Below, piece by piece: positions 17,620-25,816 of a stretch of DNA of 32,000 nucleotides (its first letter is position 1; each line of letters opens with the position of its first letter). The notes beneath the pieces are model-generated. The model was not told the origin of the DNA, made no database searches, and saw nothing but the letters and a program-made list of their open reading frames with translations. A program made the position numbers and the translations under genes. The DNA is from Pontibacter arcticus (GTDB lineage: Bacteria > Bacteroidota > Bacteroidia > Cytophagales > Hymenobacteraceae), in NCBI RefSeq assembly GCF_003284895.1, contig NZ_QMDV01000002.1:805466-837465 (forward strand), given 5' to 3'.

Positions 17620-18540
17620 ATGTTTAAATTTATAATATAGTGCCCAGAAATTTACTGGATTTAATACCTGAATTGCTATCTTTTTGAATAAAGAAAAATC
17701 TCCCTTCCAGATATTGTATCTTCCTTCGCTATGATACATTTTTTTGGTTTCTATAAATCCTGCATTTAAATATAACTCCTCTAATAAATAGAAAAACCGT
17801 GTCGTTAGTAATTTTTCATATTGCTTAAAGTTATTCTGCTCGAGCAAATGCTGCTTAATTTTACCCAAAAAAATAATAAGATTGGATTGTCTATCCTTTC
17901 TCATTGTTGTATTGGATATTGATTGGTCATGAACATTTTTTTCGAATAAGGGCTCGTTTAATTGAGCATGTTTGTATCCTTTCACTAATAACCTAAATAT
18001 TAGGTCTTTCTCCTGATTAGAATTAAGCAAAATATTAAACCCTCCTACATTCTCTAAAGCCTCTTTTTTAAAAAGAGCAGAACTGGTAATACCAATTGAA
18101 CCAGTTATTAATCCTTGCCAAGTATCTTTAAAATCTCTTTTACTATATCTTTTTTCACCATTTATGATTGCAAAGTTTTCAGCTGTGATAAAATCAATCT
18201 CATGATTTTGCTGAAAGAAGTTTACTTGTTTTTCAAGTTTAGAATTTATCAAGAAATCATCTGAATCCAAAAATTGAACATAATCGCCCTTGGCAATACT
18301 GAGTCCAGAATTTCGTGCATAAGGAGCTCCCTGCCTATTTTCAGTTAAAATTTTAATATCCCAATTATGCTGAACTTTTAAACTTTTGATTATATCCACT
18401 GAATTATCCTTTGAATTGTTATCTACACATATAACTTCAAAGTTATTGTAAGTCTGCTTAAAAACAGACTTTAGCATTTGCTCTAGGAACTGAGCGGAAT
18501 TGTATACAGGAATTATTACTGAAACTAGGGGAAACGACAT
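17617..18540 (-). CDS. Glycosyltransferase family 2, low-GC, here called GT2b
   Basis: It contains VSVIIPVYNSAQFLEQMLKSVFKQTYNNFEVICVDNNSKDNS and LDSDD, and is collinear with the GT2 at 20264-21193. The ATG at 18540 is preferred; the ORF track extends to a TTG at 18561. Confidence 0.85.
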   Translation of the reverse strand: MSFPLVSVIIPVYNSAQFLEQMLKSVFKQTYNNFEVICVDNNSKDNSVDIIKSLKVQHNWDIKILTENRQGAPYARNSGLSIAKGDYVQFLDSDDFLINSKLEKQVNFFQQNHEIDFITAENFAIINGEKRYSKRDFKDTWQGLITGSIGITSSALFKKEALENVGGFNILLNSNQEKDLIFRLLVKGYKHAQLNEPLFEKNVHDQSISNTTMRKDRQSNLIIFLGKIKQHLLEQNNFKQYEKLLTTRFFYLLEELYLNAGFIETKKMYHSEGRYNIWKGDFSLFKKIAIQVLNPVNFWALYYKFKH

Positions 18541-18895
18541 TTCTAATATTTTAAATTTCAATTTAAAAAATTTAAAAGTTACTAATTAAAAGTAAGCTTA
18601 TAAAACGTTAATATTCTTTGCTGTCAAATTCTGATGCTTTCCTAAATTAAAGTTCTCAATTCATTTTCTTTATTTATATAGCATATCATTTAGATCTAAT
18701 GCTTTAACATAAAGAATTATAAGCTACATCAATAATATGATTATATTAAACATTAGAGAAAAGTCGTCTATTCAGTAGAAATAATCACTTTTAAAGAAGC
18801 AATGGTTTAATTGTCTAATTTAACGGGTGATGAGTTACAGTCTAATATAGGCTGTTCCTTTAAAAGTATAAATTATTCTGCAATTACTAAGTGTA

Positions 18896-19015
18896 ATTTG
18901 ATATCATTTGGTATTACATATTGTATATATATTTGCTCCTAATTATTCTATTAAACGATAAAATTAATTCGACTTAATGACATAAGAATAAGAAATTTAA
19001 GATTTGATATCATTT
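18896..19015. repeat. Two 14-nt direct repeats (atttgatatcattt, core palindrome tgatatca) 106 bp apart in the AT-rich spacer
   Basis: 18896-18909 and 19002-19015 are identical. Confidence 0.6.
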
Positions 19016-19026
19016 AGGATAGGTGG

Positions 19027-19086
19027 CTATTGCATCCCACCCAGCACATAAGGATAAATCCCATCTGTTAGTAAGGCTATCCGCAA
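19027..19086 (-). pseudogene. Ghost 5' end of a GT4b-like gene (start ATG changed to TTG, 19 codons, then TAG)
   Basis: The minus strand reads ttg cgg ata gcc tta cta aca gat ggg att tat cct tat gtg ctg ggt ggg atg caa tag. After the first codon this encodes RIALLTDGIYPYVLGGMQ, identical to residues 2-19 of the gene at 16455-17603. Homology stops at the TAG. Confidence 0.8.
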
Positions 19087-19102
19087 GTAATAGAGCTAAT
19101 CA
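19030..19102. repeat. 73-bp duplicated junction, relic copy (overlaps the 3' end of the GT4 gene 19077-20267)
   Basis: See 17547-17619. The six differences are at 19039, 19054, 19057, 19060, 19063 and 19086. Confidence 0.9.
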
Positions 19103-20267
19103 CCTTTTCCGCATTCTTAACCCAGGTATAGTTCGTTAACACCAGGCGCTTAAAGGCATGGGCACAAGATTCCCTGAGCGATTTATTTTCAATGAATTGA
19201 TTTAAGGCAGTTTTTAAGCTATCTACATCAGGCTGAATCAATAATCCTGTGATTTGATCATGCATTACATCTTTTACCGGAATATTATCTGGAGCAATTA
19301 CAGCTTTGCCCATCGCTGCATATTCAAATATTTTAACAGGAGAGCCATACCAGTTAGAAGTTGGCATTACACAGATATCCATACAGGCAATATAATTAAA
19401 TACATCCTGATGCTTAATGTTGCCGGTAAAGGTAATAACATCCTGCAGCTGCTCCTGTTGAACCAGATTTTTTAAGAGCGGTAAAGTTTCTCCATCCCCA
19501 ACAATAAGTAAATGCAGCGATGAATCTGAAGCTGATATTGTCTTAAATGCTTTTATCAGTAAATCTATTCCATGCCAGGGAAAAATGGAACCTACAAAGC
19601 CTATAACAGTTTTATGCGTAATTTTTAACGCTTCTTTTATATCTGAGGCCCTGTTAAGAGAGTAATTAATATGGGCAGGATTGATGGCATTCGGAGTTAA
19701 AATAAATTTATCAGCCTCAATGTGGTAAGTTGTTGACAAGTGCTTTTGAAGTGCACTCGATACAACAGCAATTTTAGTACTTCCTTTTAAAAGCTTTTTT
19801 TCTATCTCTACCCCTTTGCCTGCATAAAAGCTGTTCCCCTGCATCTGTACTCTTTCTTCAGCATATGGTGCATTAACTTCCAATACGTGCTGTATACGGT
19901 GCTTAACAGCGGCTTCAACGCCAGATGTCTGCAAATAAGCTGCCCTTTCATAAATTAAGTCAGGCTGAAATTGCTGTATTTCTTCTTCCAGAATTTCAGC
20001 AGCATATTTATCAAATTTAAGTAATTGATGATCTTTGGCTGTTTCCCATATAAAAGAAGGCACCATCGAAGCAGCCATTTGCTTTAAAGGGCTTCTGCCT
20101 TTTATACTCAGATCGCCTTCGTTTATAGTGGTACCCCCCATTATAACCGGTTTTACGTCATGGCCTAGTTGCCCAAAAGCATGTATCATTTCACGTATGT
20201 GCGTGCCATAACCTGCAGGACTAGCTAAATTGAGATGTGGATGTGAGGAGTAATAAAGGATTTTCAT
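19077..20267 (-). CDS. Glycosyltransferase family 4 (GT-B), here called GT4a
   Basis: 396 aa with a GT-B C-terminal motif region (GSPVKIFEYAAMGKAVIAPDN). Its ATG overlaps the upstream stop codon (ATGA). Confidence 0.8.
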   Translation of the reverse strand: MKILYYSSHPHLNLASPAGYGTHIREMIHAFGQLGHDVKPVIMGGTTINEGDLSIKGRSPLKQMAASMVPSFIWETAKDHQLLKFDKYAAEILEEEIQQFQPDLIYERAAYLQTSGVEAAVKHRIQHVLEVNAPYAEERVQMQGNSFYAGKGVEIEKKLLKGSTKIAVVSSALQKHLSTTYHIEADKFILTPNAINPAHINYSLNRASDIKEALKITHKTVIGFVGSIFPWHGIDLLIKAFKTISASDSSLHLLIVGDGETLPLLKNLVQQEQLQDVITFTGNIKHQDVFNYIACMDICVMPTSNWYGSPVKIFEYAAMGKAVIAPDNIPVKDVMHDQITGLLIQPDVDSLKTALNQFIENKSLRESCAHAFKRLVLTNYTWVKNAEKVISSITCG

Positions 20268-21193
20268 TTAATTAATTTCCTTAAAAAGTCTTTACCTGCT
20301 TCTGTATACTTAAAACCTATTAAGGAATAACTTATAAGATAGAATTTACCGGTTATAGCAGTTAAACCGGGTTTAAAACCAGCAGGTATAAGCTCATTGT
20401 ATAATGCGATTCCCAGTCCAGCATCATAGGTATAAACTTCTCTTATTTTATTGAAGATAATCTGCAGAATAGCGTTTACCACCTTACTATCATACTTTAT
20501 CTTAACTAGGTAAGTATAGATCGTGTGCCTTAACCTGATATAGCGTTCCAGATTACTGGTTATATTTAATTGAGAAATCGAACCCGATGCCCGTTCACGT
20601 ATAACAGTTAGTGGTTTACCATCAAAAAACACGATAGCTCCACGCTGCAACAACCTGAACATCAAATCTGTTTCCTGGCTGCTTTGTAAAGCCTCATTCC
20701 AGCCACCTGCCCGCAACGCAGCATCTATCCGGAATAAATTAGCAGAAGTTATTCCCAGCTTGTTTGCACATAATGCAAACCATACATCTTCCTGCTTAAC
20801 AATACTCTCTTGCCGGATGCCGCCCAAACTTAATTTAATAGAGCTAGCCGCAATAAAACTGATATCTGCATTGGAGAGAATCAAAGCAACCTGGTGCGCA
20901 ATTTTCCCCGGTTCCAGCAAATCATCCGCGTCCAGAAATTGTACCCATTCCCCATTTGCTAATTGTAAACCTTTATTGCGCGCTGCATTTGCGCCTTTTT
21001 TAGTCTCAGTACAAAGTATAAGCTGCGGATACTTTTCCTGAAGAGTAAGTAACACGCTAGCAGTACCGTCTGTTGAGTTATTATCAATACAGATAACTTC
21101 TATACTTGGGTAAGTTTGCTTATAAACGCTTGCCAGGCAGTCTTCAATGTACGCCTCAACATTATAACAAGGTATCAGGACAGAGACCAGCAT
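20264..21193 (-). CDS. Glycosyltransferase family 2, here called GT2a
   Basis: 309 aa containing VSVLIPCYNVEAYIEDCLASVYKQTYPSIEVICIDNNSTDGT and LDADD. Confidence 0.85.
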   Translation of the reverse strand: MLVSVLIPCYNVEAYIEDCLASVYKQTYPSIEVICIDNNSTDGTASVLLTLQEKYPQLILCTETKKGANAARNKGLQLANGEWVQFLDADDLLEPGKIAHQVALILSNADISFIAASSIKLSLGGIRQESIVKQEDVWFALCANKLGITSANLFRIDAALRAGGWNEALQSSQETDLMFRLLQRGAIVFFDGKPLTVIRERASGSISQLNITSNLERYIRLRHTIYTYLVKIKYDSKVVNAILQIIFNKIREVYTYDAGLGIALYNELIPAGFKPGLTAITGKFYLISYSLIGFKYTEAGKDFLRKLIK

Positions 21194-21201
21194 AACTGCA
21201 A

Positions 21202-22011
21202 TTATAGTTTAGATTTAATTACAGATTTCAGCTTCATCCAGGGTGTTATTGGTTTGTAAAAAGCATAAGGCTGCCAACAATCATCAAGTTTAATTTTCTT
21301 AAGGCCATTGATGTATAAGCTAAAACTAGGCATCGTATTGTTTCTCCAATTGCCAAAGCTGCTTAGGTAAAGCTGATAAGAGCGGATAGCAACCGAAAAA
21401 TCTGCATTATCTTTATTACTGAGACCTGCCGTTATGGAAGTAGGAGAAATAATCCTTAAATATAAGGGCTCACTTCCAGCTGGTAAATATGTTAACTTCT
21501 TATCCTTATAAAACAAGTGCCATGCACTATGGTCAGTAGACAGCAAGGTTCCCTTACTATTTACTGTAACAGCATATTCAAATTTGTGAATAACTGTATT
21601 TGGAATCCAGTCCCGCTTTTGCAAGGAGGTAAGTTCTGAAACCATATCATAGTAAGCATGATAGCGATCAGATAAACAATCAAACTCCAGCTTAGAAGCT
21701 GTTTCTAAAACAGAAGGATTTATGATATCATCATCATCTAACCGGATTACATAATCTGGCTTTTCAAGCTTATTACCTATCTGCTGTAAAGCATAAGTTA
21801 CTTTTTCTCCTTTGCGGCGTGCAGCAGATTTTACATAGAGAATATTGCCTTCTTCGTGGTCAAAATCCGTCACAACTATTGCTCTCCAATTTGCATAGGT
21901 CTGATCCTGAAGCGATTTTATAGTAAGCTCAAATAACTTATCGCGCAGCGGAGTTCTAAATTCTTCAGGCGTATGCGGTATTATATATAGGAATGATGGA
22001 GAATGGATCAT
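21202..22011 (-). CDS. Hypothetical protein, possible GT-A-fold glycosyltransferase
   Basis: 269 aa with an acidic DxD-like stretch (VIRLDDDDIINP) after an alpha/beta-looking N-terminal region. No confident family recognition was possible. Confidence 0.4.
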   Translation of the reverse strand: MIHSPSFLYIIPHTPEEFRTPLRDKLFELTIKSLQDQTYANWRAIVVTDFDHEEGNILYVKSAARRKGEKVTYALQQIGNKLEKPDYVIRLDDDDIINPSVLETASKLEFDCLSDRYHAYYDMVSELTSLQKRDWIPNTVIHKFEYAVTVNSKGTLLSTDHSAWHLFYKDKKLTYLPAGSEPLYLRIISPTSITAGLSNKDNADFSVAIRSYQLYLSSFGNWRNNTMPSFSLYINGLKKIKLDDCWQPYAFYKPITPWMKLKSVIKSKL

Positions 22012-22034
22012 GTTGGTTCTGAAAAGGAAAGCGC

Positions 22035-22952
22035 TTATTTTAATTTAAATGAATGGTAAACTCCTCGGTAAAAATGAAGATTAAGGTAGGATCCGGCTAA
22101 TTTCTTTTTTGAAAAAGTAAATAAATTTAATAGTAGAAACAGCACCTCTTTCAGAACAACTCTGGTAAACATAACTGGCGTAAAAAAACTTTTACTCTTT
22201 AAACCAGCACTAATTCCTGCCTTAAATTTTCTGTTTATTAACCAGTTAAATGTAGCTCTTTCTTTGGGCACGTAATGCCATACTTTTGCATCTTCTACAT
22301 ACCAAGGATTTATGCCCAGATTATCTAGCCTTACCATCATATCATGCTCCTGCCCGGTTGCACCGGTTGCAGAGTTAGGCCCAAAATTGATGTCAAAACC
22401 ACCTGCTTTTTTTAGTTGTGAGCTATGAGCTGCCCAGTTGAATCCTATTAAATCGATGGGTGACAGTTTTTTGTTTTTTGCTTTTTCCCAGCCACTTGCT
22501 GAAACAGGCATAAAGTCTATATAGTAAGGCTCAGGGCGTAGCTCGTAGTCTACTTGATAAGGCCCTCCGTAAAAATAATCAAGCCCATACTCCTCAAAAG
22601 CAGAAGCGTAAGCTGTAATTACTTCAGGAGATACCCTGATATCGTCATCAAAGAAAATAATAAAAATATCATTCTCTATTGTATCCAGTGCTTTGTTAAG
22701 GGCATCGCTTTTATTAGCCTGTGCACTGTATTGATATTCGCAACCAATGTTTTTATACTTACTGCATACAATTTCAGCATCACCTTTCTCCCCATTTTCA
22801 ATAACAATGGTTTTTAGATAGTTTGACGGAAAAACGCATTTGCTTAAACTTTCTAAAGTTCTGTTAAGCAGAGAACCCCTGCCATAAGTTGGTATGACAA
22901 TGATAATACTATCTTTTTTATTTAAAGTCTCGGACCTCATACTTCCAGTCAC
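22035..22952 (-). CDS. Glycosyltransferase family 2
   Basis: 305 aa containing IIVIPTYGRGSLLNRTLESL and FFDDDI. The ORF-track start is GTG at 22952, with an alternative ATG at 22940. Confidence 0.8.
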   Translation of the reverse strand: MTGSMRSETLNKKDSIIIVIPTYGRGSLLNRTLESLSKCVFPSNYLKTIVIENGEKGDAEIVCSKYKNIGCEYQYSAQANKSDALNKALDTIENDIFIIFFDDDIRVSPEVITAYASAFEEYGLDYFYGGPYQVDYELRPEPYYIDFMPVSASGWEKAKNKKLSPIDLIGFNWAAHSSQLKKAGGFDINFGPNSATGATGQEHDMMVRLDNLGINPWYVEDAKVWHYVPKERATFNWLINRKFKAGISAGLKSKSFFTPVMFTRVVLKEVLFLLLNLFTFSKKKLAGSYLNLHFYRGVYHSFKLK

Positions 22953-22992
22953 AATCTAAAATGGTAAACGAATTGCCAGAATCCAATTTCTA

Positions 22993-24162
22993 TTAAATTA
23001 TGTTCTTCGTCTTTGCTTCGTGCTTATCTACAATGGCTTGGATATCTTTTATAAATTTATCATTATTTGAGATATCATTCAGCTTATTATATAAAGCCCT
23101 GTTATGCATACAATCCGCTAAACTTAGTTGAAGCTTATTATTTTTTAAATCATCCTCTAACTGGCCTTCTATTGAAAAAATAATAAACCCCAAGTTTTTT
23201 AACCATTTTAAAGATGGGTTCTTGACAGATAGATATACCTTAACTCCATTTATCAATGAAATTAAGACATTCCCTAAGGCCATCTGCCTATAAGAATTGA
23301 AAACAGCAGTTGAACAATTACCAATTAAATTGACATACTCATTGAAAGGGATGAAATCTTCAAGAAGTTCATAAGGGTTAGGTAAACTCATTAAGTTACT
23401 TTTAAGCTCATTCCCATAAGTTTCATTCCCCGGTGTATAACTATAGGGTATTATCAGAGGAATTTTATTATTACTGGCTAATAATATATCTAATATATCA
23501 AGATGATTATTACTAGGTGAACGCGAATTACCTAATATGATTCCTGATTTCTTCGGTTTTGAAAGATCAACTTTCGGAACAGGTATAGTTAAAGGAAGAG
23601 CTAAGAACTCTGGCAAATAATGAACCTTCTTCTTTAACATTTTATATTCATTATAATCAAATGCTAAAAAGAAATTAACTCTTTTAATGGCTCTTTCACT
23701 AATCTTATCTTCAGTATTTCTAATTCTGCCCGTAAGAACATCCTTGATAGTAGCTTTTGTTTCAATATAATTAAGCTCAAGTTTTTTAAAGAATACATTT
23801 TTTATACCTAATGCTTTTTTTGTTAAGTCTGAGTATATATCATATCTATACTTTATCATATGATAGACTTCAGCACCAAAAAAATGCCATATAACTTTGA
23901 TATTAGGATCTAAACTGTTAATTAACTTCGCTTTAGTTAAGTCAAGGTGATAGATTATAACGCAATCAAATACCAAGGCCTTTTTCGCTAAAGCAGCTAG
24001 GCTTTCCGAAGTGGGTTTAATCCACTCAATGCTATTTATATATTTACCATTATAGGTAAATTCTTCTTTAAGAGAAACGATATGATTTTCGCAGGTGGTA
24101 TACCTTAATAAGTGACCATCAATAAATTTATCATCACTAACGACATGAAGTATTTTGAGCAT
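22993..24162 (-). CDS. WecF-like glycosyltransferase (GT56, TDP-Fuc4NAc:lipid II 4-alpha-N-acetylfucosaminyltransferase family)
   Basis: 389 aa with blocks collinear with my recollection of E. coli WecF. ILHVVSDDKF matches LIHVLGSDIP, VIWHFFGAEVY matches FFWHIWGADLY, IILGNSRSPSNNHLDIL matches ILVGNSGDRSNEHIAAL, and IPYSYTPGNETY matches VPMGYPPNNEAY. The comparison is from memory, not an alignment. Confidence 0.65.
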   Translation of the reverse strand: MLKILHVVSDDKFIDGHLLRYTTCENHIVSLKEEFTYNGKYINSIEWIKPTSESLAALAKKALVFDCVIIYHLDLTKAKLINSLDPNIKVIWHFFGAEVYHMIKYRYDIYSDLTKKALGIKNVFFKKLELNYIETKATIKDVLTGRIRNTEDKISERAIKRVNFFLAFDYNEYKMLKKKVHYLPEFLALPLTIPVPKVDLSKPKKSGIILGNSRSPSNNHLDILDILLASNNKIPLIIPYSYTPGNETYGNELKSNLMSLPNPYELLEDFIPFNEYVNLIGNCSTAVFNSYRQMALGNVLISLINGVKVYLSVKNPSLKWLKNLGFIIFSIEGQLEDDLKNNKLQLSLADCMHNRALYNKLNDISNNDKFIKDIQAIVDKHEAKTKNII

Positions 24163-24215
24163 TATTATACTGAAGATTAAATTAATGTTGAAGCTAATTC
24201 TACTTTCAAAGCGGC

Positions 24216-25223
24216 TTATGCTCTTGTAATAGTTAAATCTTTCAAACCTTTCACGCCTATTTCCGGTTTGAAGTCATTTTCATTAATTTGTTTATCATTT
24301 AGCCAGGCTATAATTGCTCCTGGTAAATTTACGCCTGCTAAATGTGAAAATGGATACCCTCCACCAAATCGGGCATTCATTTCCAAAACATAAGGAACAT
24401 TATCTACTAAAAACACATCGGTATCCAGGTTAGCGATATGCTGAAGCGCTTTACTCATTCTTTCACCCAGCTCTAACATAGCAGGTGAATGAACAGTTTC
24501 AGCACTATCTGTTTCTCCGGATCGCATGGCTATCTTCTTTTTCACTATAGTAGCCTGGTACTTTCCTTTAAGGTCATTAATAATATCCAGGCCATATTCC
24601 TGGCCTTTTAGTTTCTCCTGAATAAGGATACAGTTATCGTTATCCTGTTCTGATTCAAAGGATAAATAACTTCTAAAAATTTCCCGTTTTACTTTTGTGT
24701 ATAAAATGGCAAGCTCTTCCTCATTATCAGCTTCCTGTACAGCAATAGAACCCATACCCCACCTTGGCTTGATGATAAGAGGGTAATTTATTTTCTTCTG
24801 AGCTATAGCTTCTACCGCATCAGCTACACTCAAAAATGTAGCTGGTGTATTAAACTTGTTTTTTACTAAGAATTGATATGTTTTCCATTTATCATTACAG
24901 ATATCAATTACACGCTCATCCGAAACAATCACCTGCGTACCAATTACTTCAAAATCCTGCTTATGATTTGCTAAAATAGGTAAGTCAATATCAAAAAGTG
25001 GTATTATAGCCTTAATAGCGTGTTGCTGGCAGTATTCCAGCAGAAAACTTATATAATTGGTATCATAAATCAGGGGCGTAACGACAGCCTTGTCCGCTAC
25101 TCTCAAAGCCGGAGCATCCGGAGAACTATTAGCTGCATGCACTTCACCAATACTTTTAAGTTCTTCTTTAAAATATTCGATTAAATAGCTTCTTCTACCA
25201 GAAGAAGTGAATAATATATTCAT
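24216..25223 (-). CDS. ATP-grasp domain protein (carboxylate-amine ligase type)
   Basis: 335 aa with N-terminal ILFTSSGRRSYLI, a central YPLIIKPRWGMGS, and C-terminal LEMNARFGGGYP, typical of the ATP-grasp Mg/ATP site. Confidence 0.8.
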   Translation of the reverse strand: MNILFTSSGRRSYLIEYFKEELKSIGEVHAANSSPDAPALRVADKAVVTPLIYDTNYISFLLEYCQQHAIKAIIPLFDIDLPILANHKQDFEVIGTQVIVSDERVIDICNDKWKTYQFLVKNKFNTPATFLSVADAVEAIAQKKINYPLIIKPRWGMGSIAVQEADNEEELAILYTKVKREIFRSYLSFESEQDNDNCILIQEKLKGQEYGLDIINDLKGKYQATIVKKKIAMRSGETDSAETVHSPAMLELGERMSKALQHIANLDTDVFLVDNVPYVLEMNARFGGGYPFSHLAGVNLPGAIIAWLNDKQINENDFKPEIGVKGLKDLTITRA

Positions 25224-25289
25224 GATTAGCTAATTAGTTGATGTTATTAAATAACTTAAAGTGCTTTAAAAAATCGCTGAAGGTTTATC

Positions 25290-25745
25290 TTAAAATATAA
25301 GTGTCATGCGCGCAGTCATATCATTCTGCCTGTCGTTTACCAACTCCGTAACACGAAAACCCAATGAGTTATATAAATGTATTCCTGCAGCATTCCCAGC
25401 CCAGGTTTCTACTTTTATAGAATTCATATTAGCTTCTTGGCACTGCGCAATACAATTCGATAATAGTTTGCGGCCTAGTCCTTTACCTTTATGTAAATCA
25501 TCTATAGCGAAGTATGAGATATAAGCTTGTTTGCTGTTAAAATCATTACAATAAAAAGCGATCATACCAGCAATAACATTTTCATTTACTGCAAAAGCCA
25601 AAGATGCTTGCTCCAGGAGCTTTTCGGAATACTCTTTTAAATTAACCTTTGAAGCGATTGCAGGTACAAAGAACTTTTCTTGATGAAGTATAAATACTTC
25701 AATTTGTTCTGCTGTCAGATAACTTTTATCAGAGCTTATTTTCAT
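25290..25745 (-). CDS. GNAT family N-acetyltransferase
   Basis: 151 aa with acetyl-CoA binding motif A (HKGKGLGRKLL) and motif B (LYNSLGF). Confidence 0.85.
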   Translation of the reverse strand: MKISSDKSYLTAEQIEVFILHQEKFFVPAIASKVNLKEYSEKLLEQASLAFAVNENVIAGMIAFYCNDFNSKQAYISYFAIDDLHKGKGLGRKLLSNCIAQCQEANMNSIKVETWAGNAAGIHLYNSLGFRVTELVNDRQNDMTARMTLIF

Positions 25746-25816
25746 GTTAGCATTAAGAAACTTATACTTAATATATCAAACACCTATTAGAAATTTTAAA
25801 ACAGCACTTTAAACAG

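Noticed and set aside
23811-23884. Homopolymer runs (T7/A7) inside the wecF-like gene as possible phase-variation tracts
   Set aside because: Runs of 7 are unremarkable in DNA of about 30% GC. There is no evidence of frameshifted reading frames around them.
25222-25236. tgattagct upstream of the ATP-grasp gene resembling the tgattagctctattac junction of the 73-bp duplication
   Set aside because: Only a 9-nt match, which is within chance expectation, and the similarity does not extend.
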